Virus record (IMG/VR): IMGVR_UViG_3300037511_000195 | Length of the DNA: 43,363 bases | Direction: 5' to 3' (one strand) | Origin: a virus | Shown: positions 8,332 through 15,847 of the stretch, one piece after another | Position numbering within the stretch: the stretch's first letter is position 1 | Layout: every line of letters starts with the position of its first letter | Notes under the pieces: model-generated | Told to the model about the DNA's origin: nothing | The model's database searches: none | What the model saw: the letters and a program-made list of their open reading frames with translations, nothing else | Translations under genes and position numbers: made by a program

Positions 8332-8597
8332 GGCTTCTTCTCCTCCGGTTTGGACTGTGCTTTGATCTTGTCCTCAAGGGCCCATAGCTTGTGCCGATAC
8401 TCAGAGGTTTCGGCCTCGGCTTCTTGTAGCTGCTGAAGGTGCAGAACCGCCGATTCACGAGCCAATCCACGATAGTATTCAACTAGCCGATCATGCTCAT
8501 GATGCACCCCAAGGTGGAATCCGTAAATGAACAGGAATGCGCCGATCGGTATGAAGATCAACGCTTTCACTCCCCCTCCTTCTGGCACTTCTGCCAT
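8328..8597 (-). CDS. Small membrane protein with a coiled-coil tail
   Basis: One hydrophobic segment (ALIFIPIGAFLFIYGF) followed by a charged helix. Confidence 0.5.
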   Translation of the reverse strand: MAEVPEGGGVKALIFIPIGAFLFIYGFHLGVHHEHDRLVEYYRGLARESAVLHLQQLQEAEAETSEYRHKLWALEDKIKAQSKPEEKKP

Positions 8598-9748
8598 CCC
8601 ATGCCGTTGCCGCGATAGAGCCAGCCCTGGGCGCGCAATTCCGAGTAGTATTTATGTAGGTTGGCCCTGGGTGATACCGAGAATATGATCGCGTCCTCCG
8701 CCTCCCAAAAGATGCGATAAATAATTCCATCGCCTTCCGGGTTTTTAAACTCCAGCCCCCGCACCGCCTCGAAGTCCTCTTTGGTCATGTCGAGGAGCGT
8801 AAGAGGTTCGGGGAGCGGACGGGTTGTCCGGAACTTCATTTGTTTGGAATCGCTAACCTCCGTTGCGTATCTGCCGTGGCGAAATATTTGCCACATGCCG
8901 CTATCTTCACACCAGCATCCTTCGTGCGTTTTTTCACCTATAAGGAATGGCCGCGTTCCTTGTGGTAAATCGCTTTCAATATACTCCTTGCCGCGATGCC
9001 ACTCCTCCCCGTCCCGCAGCGCCCGGAAGCCGGGGATTTGGCGGGAGAGGGACCATGGCTTGATGCGGTAGTGGTCGGGCGGAAGTGACCAATCGGGATT
9101 TGGTCGATCTTCCCAAGCGAAATTCCCGAACAACTTGAATACCTTGTATTGAATCGTCTTCCCTGCCGCATGCGCTGCTTTCAGTTCCGCGTATGGGTCG
9201 GGCTTCACCATCCGCTGAAACTCCGCCTTAGTGATGGGCGCCTCCCAGTCCTTTACGCCGAAGCCGACGAGGCCTAGTTCCTGACACCAGACGTAGGGCG
9301 CTTTCTTGGGCTCGGATGGGGCGACGGGGGCGGGAAGGTGAATGGCGAGCCGGAAATCGAGAACCTCCCACCGCCAAGATGGCTCGCTCAGATCGGAAGA
9401 GATTGTTCCTTTATCCCCTACGCCGCCATTGTCGCGAGCGTTAAGCATCACCTCCATCCCCAGTTCCTCGTGCGCTCTCTGCACCGCAGCTCGGACAAGG
9501 GGATCGGTGTAGTCGGTGGAAAGGAAGAGATCGTCCGGGTGTTCATTCTCAGCATTTGGCGAAAAGTTTCCATTGGGATACCAACAAACGCCAACATCGC
9601 ATAACACGTTCGAGATAAGGCCGATCATGGGGTGTTCACTGCGCACATCCCACTTCAGCACCTCGGCCTTGCGGCCATCACGGGTGACAAGCGGCCACTT
9701 CGCCTTTTCGGCCAAGTCGCGGTGGAAGGGTAGGTTTGGTGTGTTCAT
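8567..9748 (-). CDS. Hypothetical protein (393 aa)
   Basis: The ATG at 9748 (MNTPNLPF...) overlaps the upstream stop. Trp-rich, protein-like sequence with no recognisable family. Confidence 0.6.
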   Translation of the reverse strand: MNTPNLPFHRDLAEKAKWPLVTRDGRKAEVLKWDVRSEHPMIGLISNVLCDVGVCWYPNGNFSPNAENEHPDDLFLSTDYTDPLVRAAVQRAHEELGMEVMLNARDNGGVGDKGTISSDLSEPSWRWEVLDFRLAIHLPAPVAPSEPKKAPYVWCQELGLVGFGVKDWEAPITKAEFQRMVKPDPYAELKAAHAAGKTIQYKVFKLFGNFAWEDRPNPDWSLPPDHYRIKPWSLSRQIPGFRALRDGEEWHRGKEYIESDLPQGTRPFLIGEKTHEGCWCEDSGMWQIFRHGRYATEVSDSKQMKFRTTRPLPEPLTLLDMTKEDFEAVRGLEFKNPEGDGIIYRIFWEAEDAIIFSVSPRANLHKYYSELRAQGWLYRGNGMGWQKCQKEGE

Positions 9749-9936
9749 CGGTCGGTGGTGGTTCGGCGCTGGAAATACTGGCCGCGTGAGCGGCGGATCA
9801 TGTTTGCTTCTTCGATGTTGCCGGGGCGGCTTTCCCATTCCCGCAGAGCTGCGCGGAGCAGGCTCATGCTGCGCGGCTTGATCTCGCCGTGGTCGCCGGT
9901 GCCAATTTCAGGGTATTCGATGGAGTTGCGTTTCAT
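9745..9936 (-). CDS. Hypothetical protein (63 aa)
   Basis: Coupled at both ends by ATGA overlaps. Confidence 0.45.
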   Translation of the reverse strand: MKRNSIEYPEIGTGDHGEIKPRSMSLLRAALREWESRPGNIEEANMIRRSRGQYFQRRTTTDR

Positions 9937-10412
9937 GGTGTTCTAGGGTTCGGGTTATTCAGGGCGTAGTCGGCGATAGCCAATGCCGCCCATAGGTGAC
10001 TGGATATTCCGTAGGTCTTTCCCGGAGTTTTCTTGGTTCCCGGCTTGCCGTGCTTATCGATGAGGGCCTGGCGAATATTGCCGTCCTTGGCCTTCATGCT
10101 GCCGCAGAGATACATCTTCACATCTTTGCGATAGACGAGGCGACAGCCCAACATGCTCGGTTCACAAATCTCCTGAATGCGCCCGATTATTAGACATGTC
10201 TCAAAGGTTTCGCGCCCTACTGGCATCCCGTAACAAGCAATCATTTCAACCGCCACTTCATCCTCTCCCGGAACGAAGGTCTTTCGGAAGTGAGACAAAA
10301 ACTTATCGTTAGGCGCTATTGCCCGCTGCCCGACATGACCGCCAAGCTCAGGCAGCCACGTGAGGAATGCGGTTTGAGATGGTCCCGGATCTATAGCCCA
10401 AAGTCGGTTCAT
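9933..10412 (-). CDS. RuvC-like Holliday-junction resolvase
   Basis: MNRLWAIDPGPSQTAF... matches the N-terminal IDPG catalytic-Asp motif. Size is about 159 aa, the C-terminal end has SSHLWAALAIADYAL, and the gene sits in the recombination module. Confidence 0.5.
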   Translation of the reverse strand: MNRLWAIDPGPSQTAFLTWLPELGGHVGQRAIAPNDKFLSHFRKTFVPGEDEVAVEMIACYGMPVGRETFETCLIIGRIQEICEPSMLGCRLVYRKDVKMYLCGSMKAKDGNIRQALIDKHGKPGTKKTPGKTYGISSHLWAALAIADYALNNPNPRTP

Positions 10413-10594
10413 GGTTCGGTCGGGTAAATTGGTTTCCTCTGCCACGGCGCTATGCCCAGCTCCGCCCTCCGCTCCGCCTCGGATTCCTGCCACGCCTCGC
10501 GCTGCAGTTGGGCGCGGCGGCGCATGCAGGTGCCGCACCCGCAGCTCTCGTCATCGTCGCGGTGAAAGGCGGAGTCTGGAGGGCTGCAGTTCAT
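10409..10594 (-). CDS. Hypothetical Cys-containing small protein (61 aa)
   Basis: ATGA coupling at both ends; CGCGTC motif. Confidence 0.4.
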   Translation of the reverse strand: MNCSPPDSAFHRDDDESCGCGTCMRRRAQLQREAWQESEAERRAELGIAPWQRKPIYPTEP

Positions 10595-10857
10595 CGGATG
10601 GCCTCGCGTTCCAGCCGATGCACATCCCGGTATGCCTCACCTAGGCATTCCAGAATGGTGATAAAGTCAGCTTCGCTGGCTGTCCCGTAGGCGGCATCCA
10701 GCCGTTCGCGGATACGCTCTAGTTTCCGGCGCGCGCGATCCAGGGTTAAGCTGGCGTCGGACGGCATGGCGGGGAAGAGATCGCTCACAGCCCACCATCC
10801 TTCCTGGTCGGCAGCAGGCAGCCGACGAGCGCCAGCGCGCACCAGACCATCAGCCAT
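10591..10857 (-). CDS. Hypothetical protein (about 88 aa)
   Basis: I preferred the ATG at 10857. A GTG at 10893 would overlap the upstream gene by 23 nt. Confidence 0.4.
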   Translation of the reverse strand: MADGLVRAGARRLPAADQEGWWAVSDLFPAMPSDASLTLDRARRKLERIRERLDAAYGTASEADFITILECLGEAYRDVHRLEREAIR

Positions 10858-10870
10858 GCGGGGATGCGGG

Positions 10871-11107
10871 TCATTTGCGTGGGATGACAACACAAGTGTT
10901 GGCCTCGGTATCGATTTCGACGGTCAGATATTCGTCGTACTCGAACCATTTCCCTGCTTGTTTGCAGAGTTGATTTCGGCGCGATTCCTCAAGGTCTTCG
11001 CGCTCATCATCAGCAACGCCTTTCACGTTTTTGACGCTGTCGCGTGCTGCGATAGAGACAGATTCACTGAATCCGTCCGGGTCTTTCATTGTGATGCGGT
11101 ATTTCAT
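10871..11107 (-). CDS. Hypothetical acidic protein (78 aa)
   Basis: ATG start and protein-like sequence (MKYRITMKDPDGFSESV...). Confidence 0.5.
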   Translation of the reverse strand: MKYRITMKDPDGFSESVSIAARDSVKNVKGVADDEREDLEESRRNQLCKQAGKWFEYDEYLTVEIDTEANTCVVIPRK

Positions 11108-11116
11108 AAGATTCGG

Positions 11117-11127
11117 TCATGTTTCGG
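11117..11127 (-). repeat. CCGAAACATGA motif, copy 4
   Basis: Plus strand reads tcatgtttcgg. It lies 5 nt downstream (minus sense) of a 9-bp GC hairpin (11133-11141 / 11154-11162). Confidence 0.9.
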
Positions 11128-11186
11128 GATTACGCCTGCCGTCCAAAACCCTCCGGCAGGCGCGTCCCCAAAATGGTTCATTTTAG

Positions 11187-11792
11187 TCAGGATCGGATGC
11201 GCTCCAGCGCAGCGTCGAACTTCTCGTAGAACTGCGTCAGGGCTTCGTTGATCTTGGCGATAATTGCCTCGTCACGTTCAACGGTGAGCACGAATGGGCG
11301 GAACTTTCGGCGGTAGCTGACGAACTTCCACCAAGGGCGCCCGGTGACATAGATGGAGAAATGGACCTGGACTGCGTAGTCCTTCGGGAGTTTGCCGTCC
11401 AAAAGGTATTTGACGTGATTCGTCGGCTGCGGGGCCTTGATCTCAAGGCCGCCGTCGTCATCCAACAAGGCGTCAGGGCTGCACCCGCAGCGACCATCAT
11501 CGTGCTCAATGAATCCGATTTGACGAACCTTGTGGGGATATTCAAAGGCAAACCAGGCTCGGGCCTCCGCTTCGAGGATTTCGCCTTGCTCCGTCTCGAA
11601 TGAAGCAAACCCTTCGAGCGGGCGGCGAAGGACGGACTCAGCGAGCTTCCGCGCCAAATAGGTCCGAGGCATCTCGCCGGTGCGGATAGCGAACTCTGGC
11701 GTCAGGAGTTGGTCGGCCTCGCTCGCCGTCACCTTGCCGACGCGGGCTTGCAGCCAATCGGATTCACCTTGAACGCAGAGATGCTCTTTCAT
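11187..11792 (-). CDS. YqaJ-like / lambda-exonuclease-family recombination exonuclease
   Basis: GESDWLQARVGKVTASE at the N-terminus and a PD-(D/E)xK core (CSPDAL...GGLEIK). It is adjacent to the annealase and SSB genes. Confidence 0.75.
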   Translation of the reverse strand: MKEHLCVQGESDWLQARVGKVTASEADQLLTPEFAIRTGEMPRTYLARKLAESVLRRPLEGFASFETEQGEILEAEARAWFAFEYPHKVRQIGFIEHDDGRCGCSPDALLDDDGGLEIKAPQPTNHVKYLLDGKLPKDYAVQVHFSIYVTGRPWWKFVSYRRKFRPFVLTVERDEAIIAKINEALTQFYEKFDAALERIRS

Positions 11793-12523
11793 TTGCGCTT
11801 TTTGTTGAGCATCTTGGCAAGCTCCTCGAAGCGTGATGCGGAGATTTCCGAAAAGGTGGCAGCGCCAGCGAAGGCTAGAAACTTCACTTTGTCTGAGCCG
11901 GTTTCCTCGCAGAGCGCCTGTAGGTCGGCAGCCTGATTAGCGGTCACGACGCCGCCCCCGTCCGCAACCGTAACGTCTGCCTCGTCGCTCTGGTAGATGT
12001 CTTGCCGGATGACAATGTTCAACGCCTGCAAGAGCGCGTTTCGTTTGGCGGTCGTACTGGCCTTGCAGTCTGCCTGCGTGTCGCTATCAGCGCGGCCCCC
12101 CAGCCGCACGGTGAAGGAAGTTTGCGATGAGTGCCCGTCAATGTGCCGAAGATTGCAGATGACCGTGACCCGATTCTCCTCAGGTTTTTGGTCAAACGAG
12201 ACGGCGAATCCATTAGCCTGGAGCTGGGGCCCAATCTGCCGCATCACGTCCTCGAACCGCTCATACTTCCCACGGTTCGGGATGACCGAGGACGCGACGA
12301 TGTTCGGCATCTCGCCCTGTAGTTTCACGAATGCCGCGTTGAAGGCGCGCTCGGCGTTCTTGGCTTCCACTCGTTCATACAGAGCGCAGAGCGTAGTGAG
12401 TGCTTCGGCGTTCTCTGCGGTGACGCCGCGCTCCACGACGCCCTGCAAGAGTTGGGCGATAGATGGGCTTTGCGTAATCGCCGGAGATTGGGATTGCGGC
12501 AACGATAGTTGGGCTTCTTTCAT
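11789..12523 (-). CDS. Single-strand annealing protein, ERF-like
   Basis: It lies between the exonuclease and SSB. The core (AFVKLQGEMPNIV...GKYERFEDVMRQIGPQLQANGFAV...TTAKRNALLQALNI) resembles ERF-type recombinases. The family call (ERF versus RecT or Sak) is not certain. Confidence 0.6.
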   Translation of the reverse strand: MKEAQLSLPQSQSPAITQSPSIAQLLQGVVERGVTAENAEALTTLCALYERVEAKNAERAFNAAFVKLQGEMPNIVASSVIPNRGKYERFEDVMRQIGPQLQANGFAVSFDQKPEENRVTVICNLRHIDGHSSQTSFTVRLGGRADSDTQADCKASTTAKRNALLQALNIVIRQDIYQSDEADVTVADGGGVVTANQAADLQALCEETGSDKVKFLAFAGAATFSEISASRFEELAKMLNKKRK

Positions 12524-13020
12524 GCGAGTAGCTGGAGGGCCGCGAGGGCTGGGATGAGGATCGGAAATACGATACTGAACGGGATATCATCGGGTGGCGC
12601 ATCCAGGTCGGGATCAACCGGAGGACGCGGAGCGCGGGTGACGGGGCGCGAAGGCGGGCGCTCTTCCTCGCTGCGCCCACCCCCGCTTTGCTTATCCCCT
12701 AAAAATTGAAATCCCTCGATGACGACCTTCATTTTGCTGCGCTTCTGGCCGGTCTGTTTGTCGTCCCAAGTATCCAGCTTTAAGCGGCCCTCGATGAAGA
12801 TGGAGCGCCCTTTCTTGAGATATTCCCCGATAGTATCGGCCTGCTTTCCGAAAGCCTCACAGTCCACGAAGGTAACTTCTTCGCGTTTCTCTTCGCCGAC
12901 GCGGAAGGTGTGATTTACCGCTAGTCCGATCTGGCAAATAGCGGTGCCCTTTGGCGTGTATTTTACTTCGGGGTCTCGGACGAGATTCCCCATCAGCATG
13001 ACTTTGTTCAGGTTTGGCAT
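12520..13020 (-). CDS. ssb: Single-stranded DNA-binding protein with an 18-aa extension after the DDIPF tip
   Basis: OB-fold N-terminus (MPNLNKVMLMGNLVRDPEVKYTPKGTAICQIGLAVN...), a Gly/Pro-rich linker, and the acidic tip PPDDIPF. This is followed by SIVFPILIPALAALQLLA before the TGA. Confidence 0.9.
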   Translation of the reverse strand: MPNLNKVMLMGNLVRDPEVKYTPKGTAICQIGLAVNHTFRVGEEKREEVTFVDCEAFGKQADTIGEYLKKGRSIFIEGRLKLDTWDDKQTGQKRSKMKVVIEGFQFLGDKQSGGGRSEEERPPSRPVTRAPRPPVDPDLDAPPDDIPFSIVFPILIPALAALQLLA

Positions 13021-13023
13021 AAA

Positions 13024-13350
13024 TCAGTTCTGTGCTTGCGCCTGCCGCTGCTTGGCCGCGCCTTCGTTCAGGATGCGGGCCTCTTCGGTGAGCCGCGCCG
13101 CTTCGGCCAGCTTCACGGACGCCAGCTTCTGTGGGTCAGCCTGGGCGATAACGTCCTCCACGGCGGCAGTAGGCGTCCGGCCTTTGCCGCGCAGGTAGCC
13201 GTTGTCCACCGTGGCGGTAAACTCAAGATGAAGGCTGCCCGAACAGGAGATGGCGCTGCCGTGCACCGACACCACGCCATCCCGTGGGAACACTGCCCGC
13301 AGCCGCATCACAGCGGCGCGCATGGAGTCCGTAAGTTCGTCGGTATTCAT
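13024..13350 (-). CDS. Hypothetical protein (108 aa)
   Basis: ATG start and ATGA coupling upstream. Confidence 0.5.
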   Translation of the reverse strand: MNTDELTDSMRAAVMRLRAVFPRDGVVSVHGSAISCSGSLHLEFTATVDNGYLRGKGRTPTAAVEDVIAQADPQKLASVKLAEAARLTEEARILNEGAAKQRQAQAQN

Positions 13351-13445
13351 GGCATCAGGTAGCTAAGGACCAGCGGCAGCCCCGCCACGACGGCGTAGAG
13401 GCAGGCCGCGATGGCTAGGCCGTAGAGGACGCGGAGGAGGATCAT
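13347..13445 (-). CDS. Putative 32-aa single-TM peptide
   Basis: MILLRVLYGLAIAACLYAVVAGLPLVLSYLMP, coupled by ATGA at both ends. The longer track ORF 13347..13736 overlaps the better 13442..13828 frame. Confidence 0.35.
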   Translation of the reverse strand: MILLRVLYGLAIAACLYAVVAGLPLVLSYLMP

Positions 13446-13828
13446 CGAACGCAAAGCAGCGCGGGGTTGAGAACTCCAGCGGACTCGTTGGCGCGGTCGC
13501 CTTCGTCGACTATTTGGGTTTCTTTGTTGTGCCATCGACGAAGCTGCTCGCCGTGAATCCAAAAGTGAGCCAGCGCCGATACCGCGCAGCCATACATGAA
13601 CCCAGTGATGCCCTCGGTGTCGGAACTGTGCGAGATACGCTGTGCGTGATCCACCATGAATCGCATCACGGTGCCGGGCTCGTCCTGATTCACGCCGCGC
13701 TCCTCCATCTCCTGCTCCATCTTGTTCATCCAGCATTCGCCGTAGCGGACCACGGCATTGCCATAAGGGTCGGAGTTTTTGGACTTATATGATTCGTATT
13801 CTTCCTTTTTTGATTCGATGATTTTCAT
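13442..13828 (-). CDS. Hypothetical protein (128 aa)
   Basis: The ATG at 13828 (MKIIESKKEEYESYK...) gives a protein-like sequence. The track N-terminal extension is Arg/Gly/Pro-rich. Confidence 0.55.
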   Translation of the reverse strand: MKIIESKKEEYESYKSKNSDPYGNAVVRYGECWMNKMEQEMEERGVNQDEPGTVMRFMVDHAQRISHSSDTEGITGFMYGCAVSALAHFWIHGEQLRRWHNKETQIVDEGDRANESAGVLNPALLCVR

Positions 13829-13844
13829 GGGTGTTCTTTCGGTC

Positions 13845-14165
13845 TTATTTCGGTGTGGAAAGGGTGCGCCTGAGCCGCTCCAGCGCCGCCAGGAAGCGGC
13901 ACAGCCGGACGTAGGATTCCTCGGCCCGCAGCCGCGCATTGCCGGTCAGGCGCTCCTTGTCGTCCCGTATGCACCGCTTAGCGTAGCGCCAGTCATGCGG
14001 CTGCACCTGCGGCAGGGTCGCGTAGGCCGTGGGCTCGGAGGCGTAGGTGCGGACGTGGCCTAGGGCCGGGCAAGGGGAACCGCCGTCAGGGCTTGCACCT
14101 GAACTGTTACGTAGCCCACGTGAGGCATCAGTCGTCTTATGCGCGGCGGTGTTGTAAGATTTCAT
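13845..14165 (-). CDS. Hypothetical protein (106 aa)
   Basis: ATG start overlapping the stop of the 30-aa peptide ORF. Confidence 0.4.
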   Translation of the reverse strand: MKSYNTAAHKTTDASRGLRNSSGASPDGGSPCPALGHVRTYASEPTAYATLPQVQPHDWRYAKRCIRDDKERLTGNARLRAEESYVRLCRFLAALERLRRTLSTPK

Positions 14166-14254
14166 TTACGGGTAAGGAAGAATGCGAAGAAGAAAATGAA
14201 CGCCACGCACACAATGGTTCCACGGATCACTTCAGTTGGAGTTTCGGCAATCAT
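14162..14254 (-). CDS. Putative 30-aa membrane peptide
   Basis: My own translation: MIAETPTEVIRGTIVCVAFIFFFAFFLTRK. The start ATG lies inside a CCGAAACATGA motif, and the stop overlaps the next ATG. Confidence 0.35.
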   Translation of the reverse strand: MIAETPTEVIRGTIVCVAFIFFFAFFLTRK

Positions 14255-14261
14255 GTTTCGG
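14251..14261 (-). repeat. CCGAAACATGA motif, copy 5
   Basis: Plus strand reads tcatgtttcgg. Confidence 0.9.
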
Positions 14262-14325
14262 TCTTTCAGTTCGCCCGCCACACGGTGGCCTTGTGGCCGC
14301 TCTGGTTCGGGCGTCGTTCGGAGGG

Positions 14326-14739
14326 CTAAAGGTGGGCCCAGGTTTTGCGGGTAACGATGTCCCGGATGGTGACTCGATTTACGCCGAACTGCTGGCCTAG
14401 TTGGGTGAGGTTCGCGGTGCCGTTTCGGTATTGGTCGCGAATCAAAAGGACTTGCTGGGCCTTCAGCTTGGCGCCGGTGCCGCTCTCGCCCTGCTGATGT
14501 AATCGGCTATGCTCGGAGAGGCTCATGACTTGCAGGTTCTCCGGGCGGTTGTCGTATTTGTCGCCGTTGAGGTGATGAACAACCTCATGCCGCGAGAGCT
14601 GGCGCCCTAGGTGCTGCTCCATGACATGCCGGTGCTCATCCCGGTTAATGTCGCCACGATGAATCTTCCGGTATTCGGCTTTCGCGGATTTGCCGTATTT
14701 CGTCAGCCGATGTGGAGGCATGGATGATTCGGAGTTCAT
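14326..14739 (-). CDS. HNH endonuclease with a C-terminal HTH
   Basis: HEVVHHLNGDKYDNRPENLQVMSLSEHSRLH is a canonical HNH motif. The C-terminus (NLTQLGQQFGVNRVTIRDIV) is HTH-like. Confidence 0.85.
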   Translation of the reverse strand: MNSESSMPPHRLTKYGKSAKAEYRKIHRGDINRDEHRHVMEQHLGRQLSRHEVVHHLNGDKYDNRPENLQVMSLSEHSRLHQQGESGTGAKLKAQQVLLIRDQYRNGTANLTQLGQQFGVNRVTIRDIVTRKTWAHL

Positions 14740-14743
14740 GGGA

Positions 14744-14980
14744 TCAGTTGGTGGCGTAGGCGCGGATGGCGGAAAGTCGGATGCGGCCCAGCACTTTGTC
14801 GCGCTTCAATCCGCCCTCCTTCACGATCCGGCGCACGGAGCGCGGATGGATGTTCAGCTCCGCCGCCGCTTGCTCGATGGTCAGCAATGGGTCGGCGCCG
14901 GTCGGCTCGTAGGCCGGGGATTGCGGCGATACCGTCAGGGTCGGAGCGAACACGACGATGTTGGCGAAAGGGGAGGGCAT
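14744..14980 (-). CDS. Excisionase-family / MerR-like HTH DNA-binding protein
   Basis: LLTIEQAAAELNIHPRSVRRIVKEGGLK, in a small protein close to the integrase. The ATG at 14980 abuts the upstream stop. Confidence 0.6.
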   Translation of the reverse strand: MPSPFANIVVFAPTLTVSPQSPAYEPTGADPLLTIEQAAAELNIHPRSVRRIVKEGGLKRDKVLGRIRLSAIRAYATN

Positions 14981-14982
14981 GG

Positions 14983-15141
14983 CTACTTGGTGCGGGTAAT
15001 CGCGGCTTTGCGGCCAAGCACGCCGCGAATGGCGCGGCGGATAATATCGGAAACCTTTAGGTCTTCTTGCTGGGCGGTGGTTTCCAGAGTCTTCAGCCAA
15101 GCTTTGGGGATTCGGGCTTTAACCTCGGCGTCATATTTCAT
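14983..15141 (-). CDS. Ribbon-helix-helix (CopG/Arc-like) regulator
   Basis: MKYDAEVKARIPKAWLKTLETTAQQEDLKVSDIIRRAIRGVL shows a beta-strand followed by two helices. It is divergent from a paralogous RHH gene. Confidence 0.6.
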   Translation of the reverse strand: MKYDAEVKARIPKAWLKTLETTAQQEDLKVSDIIRRAIRGVLGRKAAITRTK

Positions 15142-15245
15142 GGTCCCGTTTGTGCACCAAAAGAGCGCAATGGTCAACAAAATGTTGCGCCTCAACGTAA
15201 GATTTACGTTTACATTAGAGATAATTGTGGCACAACGTGGGACAC
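15142..15245. promoter_or_regulatory. Divergent control region between two RHH genes (operator-like inverted repeats)
   Basis: TTGTGCACCA at 15150-15159, TTGTG-g-CACAA at 15225-15235, gcgcaa-N14-ttgcgc at 15165-15190, and acgtaa-gat-ttacgt at 15195-15209. Confidence 0.55.
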
Positions 15246-15455
15246 ATGAAACAAAATAGCCTCGACGCTGAAGTGAAGGTGAGAGTGAGCTCTGCCACAA
15301 AACAAGAGCTTCAGGCCATCGCCGAAAGAATGGGCGAAGGGTGCAAAATATCAGACGTGGTGAGGGAAGCTGTCCGGCAATATCTCGATTCCTTGGACCC
15401 GAAAAAGGTTCGCGCAGCCAGAATCAAGGCCGCCGACGAGGATGCGTTGCCCTGA
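15246..15455 (+). CDS. Ribbon-helix-helix regulator (paralogue of 14983..15141)
   Basis: MKQNSLDAEVKVRVSSATKQELQAIAERMGEGCKISDVVREAVRQYL. It shares the DAEVKxR motif with the divergent gene. Confidence 0.6.
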   Translation: MKQNSLDAEVKVRVSSATKQELQAIAERMGEGCKISDVVREAVRQYLDSLDPKKVRAARIKAADEDALP

Positions 15456-15612
15456 CAATGATTTGAGTGCGCGGCGTTTCGACATATTTCCGCAACACCT
15501 TTTCCGCCAATGCTGTTGGCTGGAAACCGAACTCGGAAGCGAAATCTACGAACCATTTCGGCAAAGAATGGGGCGATGAATTTTTGCGAGAATATTTTGT
15601 ACGTGAGTGCAT
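15424..15612 (-). CDS. Possible small protein (62 aa), uncertain
   Basis: The segment WFVDFASEFGFQPTALAEKVLRKYVETP looks protein-like. However, the ORF overlaps the convergent RHH gene by about 30 nt and ends in an Arg/Pro tail. Confidence 0.25.
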   Translation of the reverse strand: MHSRTKYSRKNSSPHSLPKWFVDFASEFGFQPTALAEKVLRKYVETPRTQIIVRATHPRRRP

Positions 15613-15791
15613 GTTGGGATACGGTTAATCGGAGAATACAAACACCACATACCCCCGGAAGGAGCTACCACGCAGCACTACGCTGCAATTCACGTGAGGG
15701 CATGTGAAAACTTACCGGATCACTTTCGGCGGAATAGCGTCGCGGGATCGCGGATATTCTACCATGGCGCGCCTCGGTCAATTCATAAACG

Positions 15792-15811
15792 TGACTGTTT
15801 CGTAACAGTCA
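15792..15811 (-). terminator. Hairpin downstream of the integrase gene
   Basis: tgactgtt-tcgt-aacagtca is a perfect 8-bp stem, 37 nt past the integrase stop. Only a moderately T-rich tail follows in minus sense. Confidence 0.4.
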
Positions 15812-15847
15812 TACGGGTTTCCACGTACCTGGCGCTGGTATCAGCCC

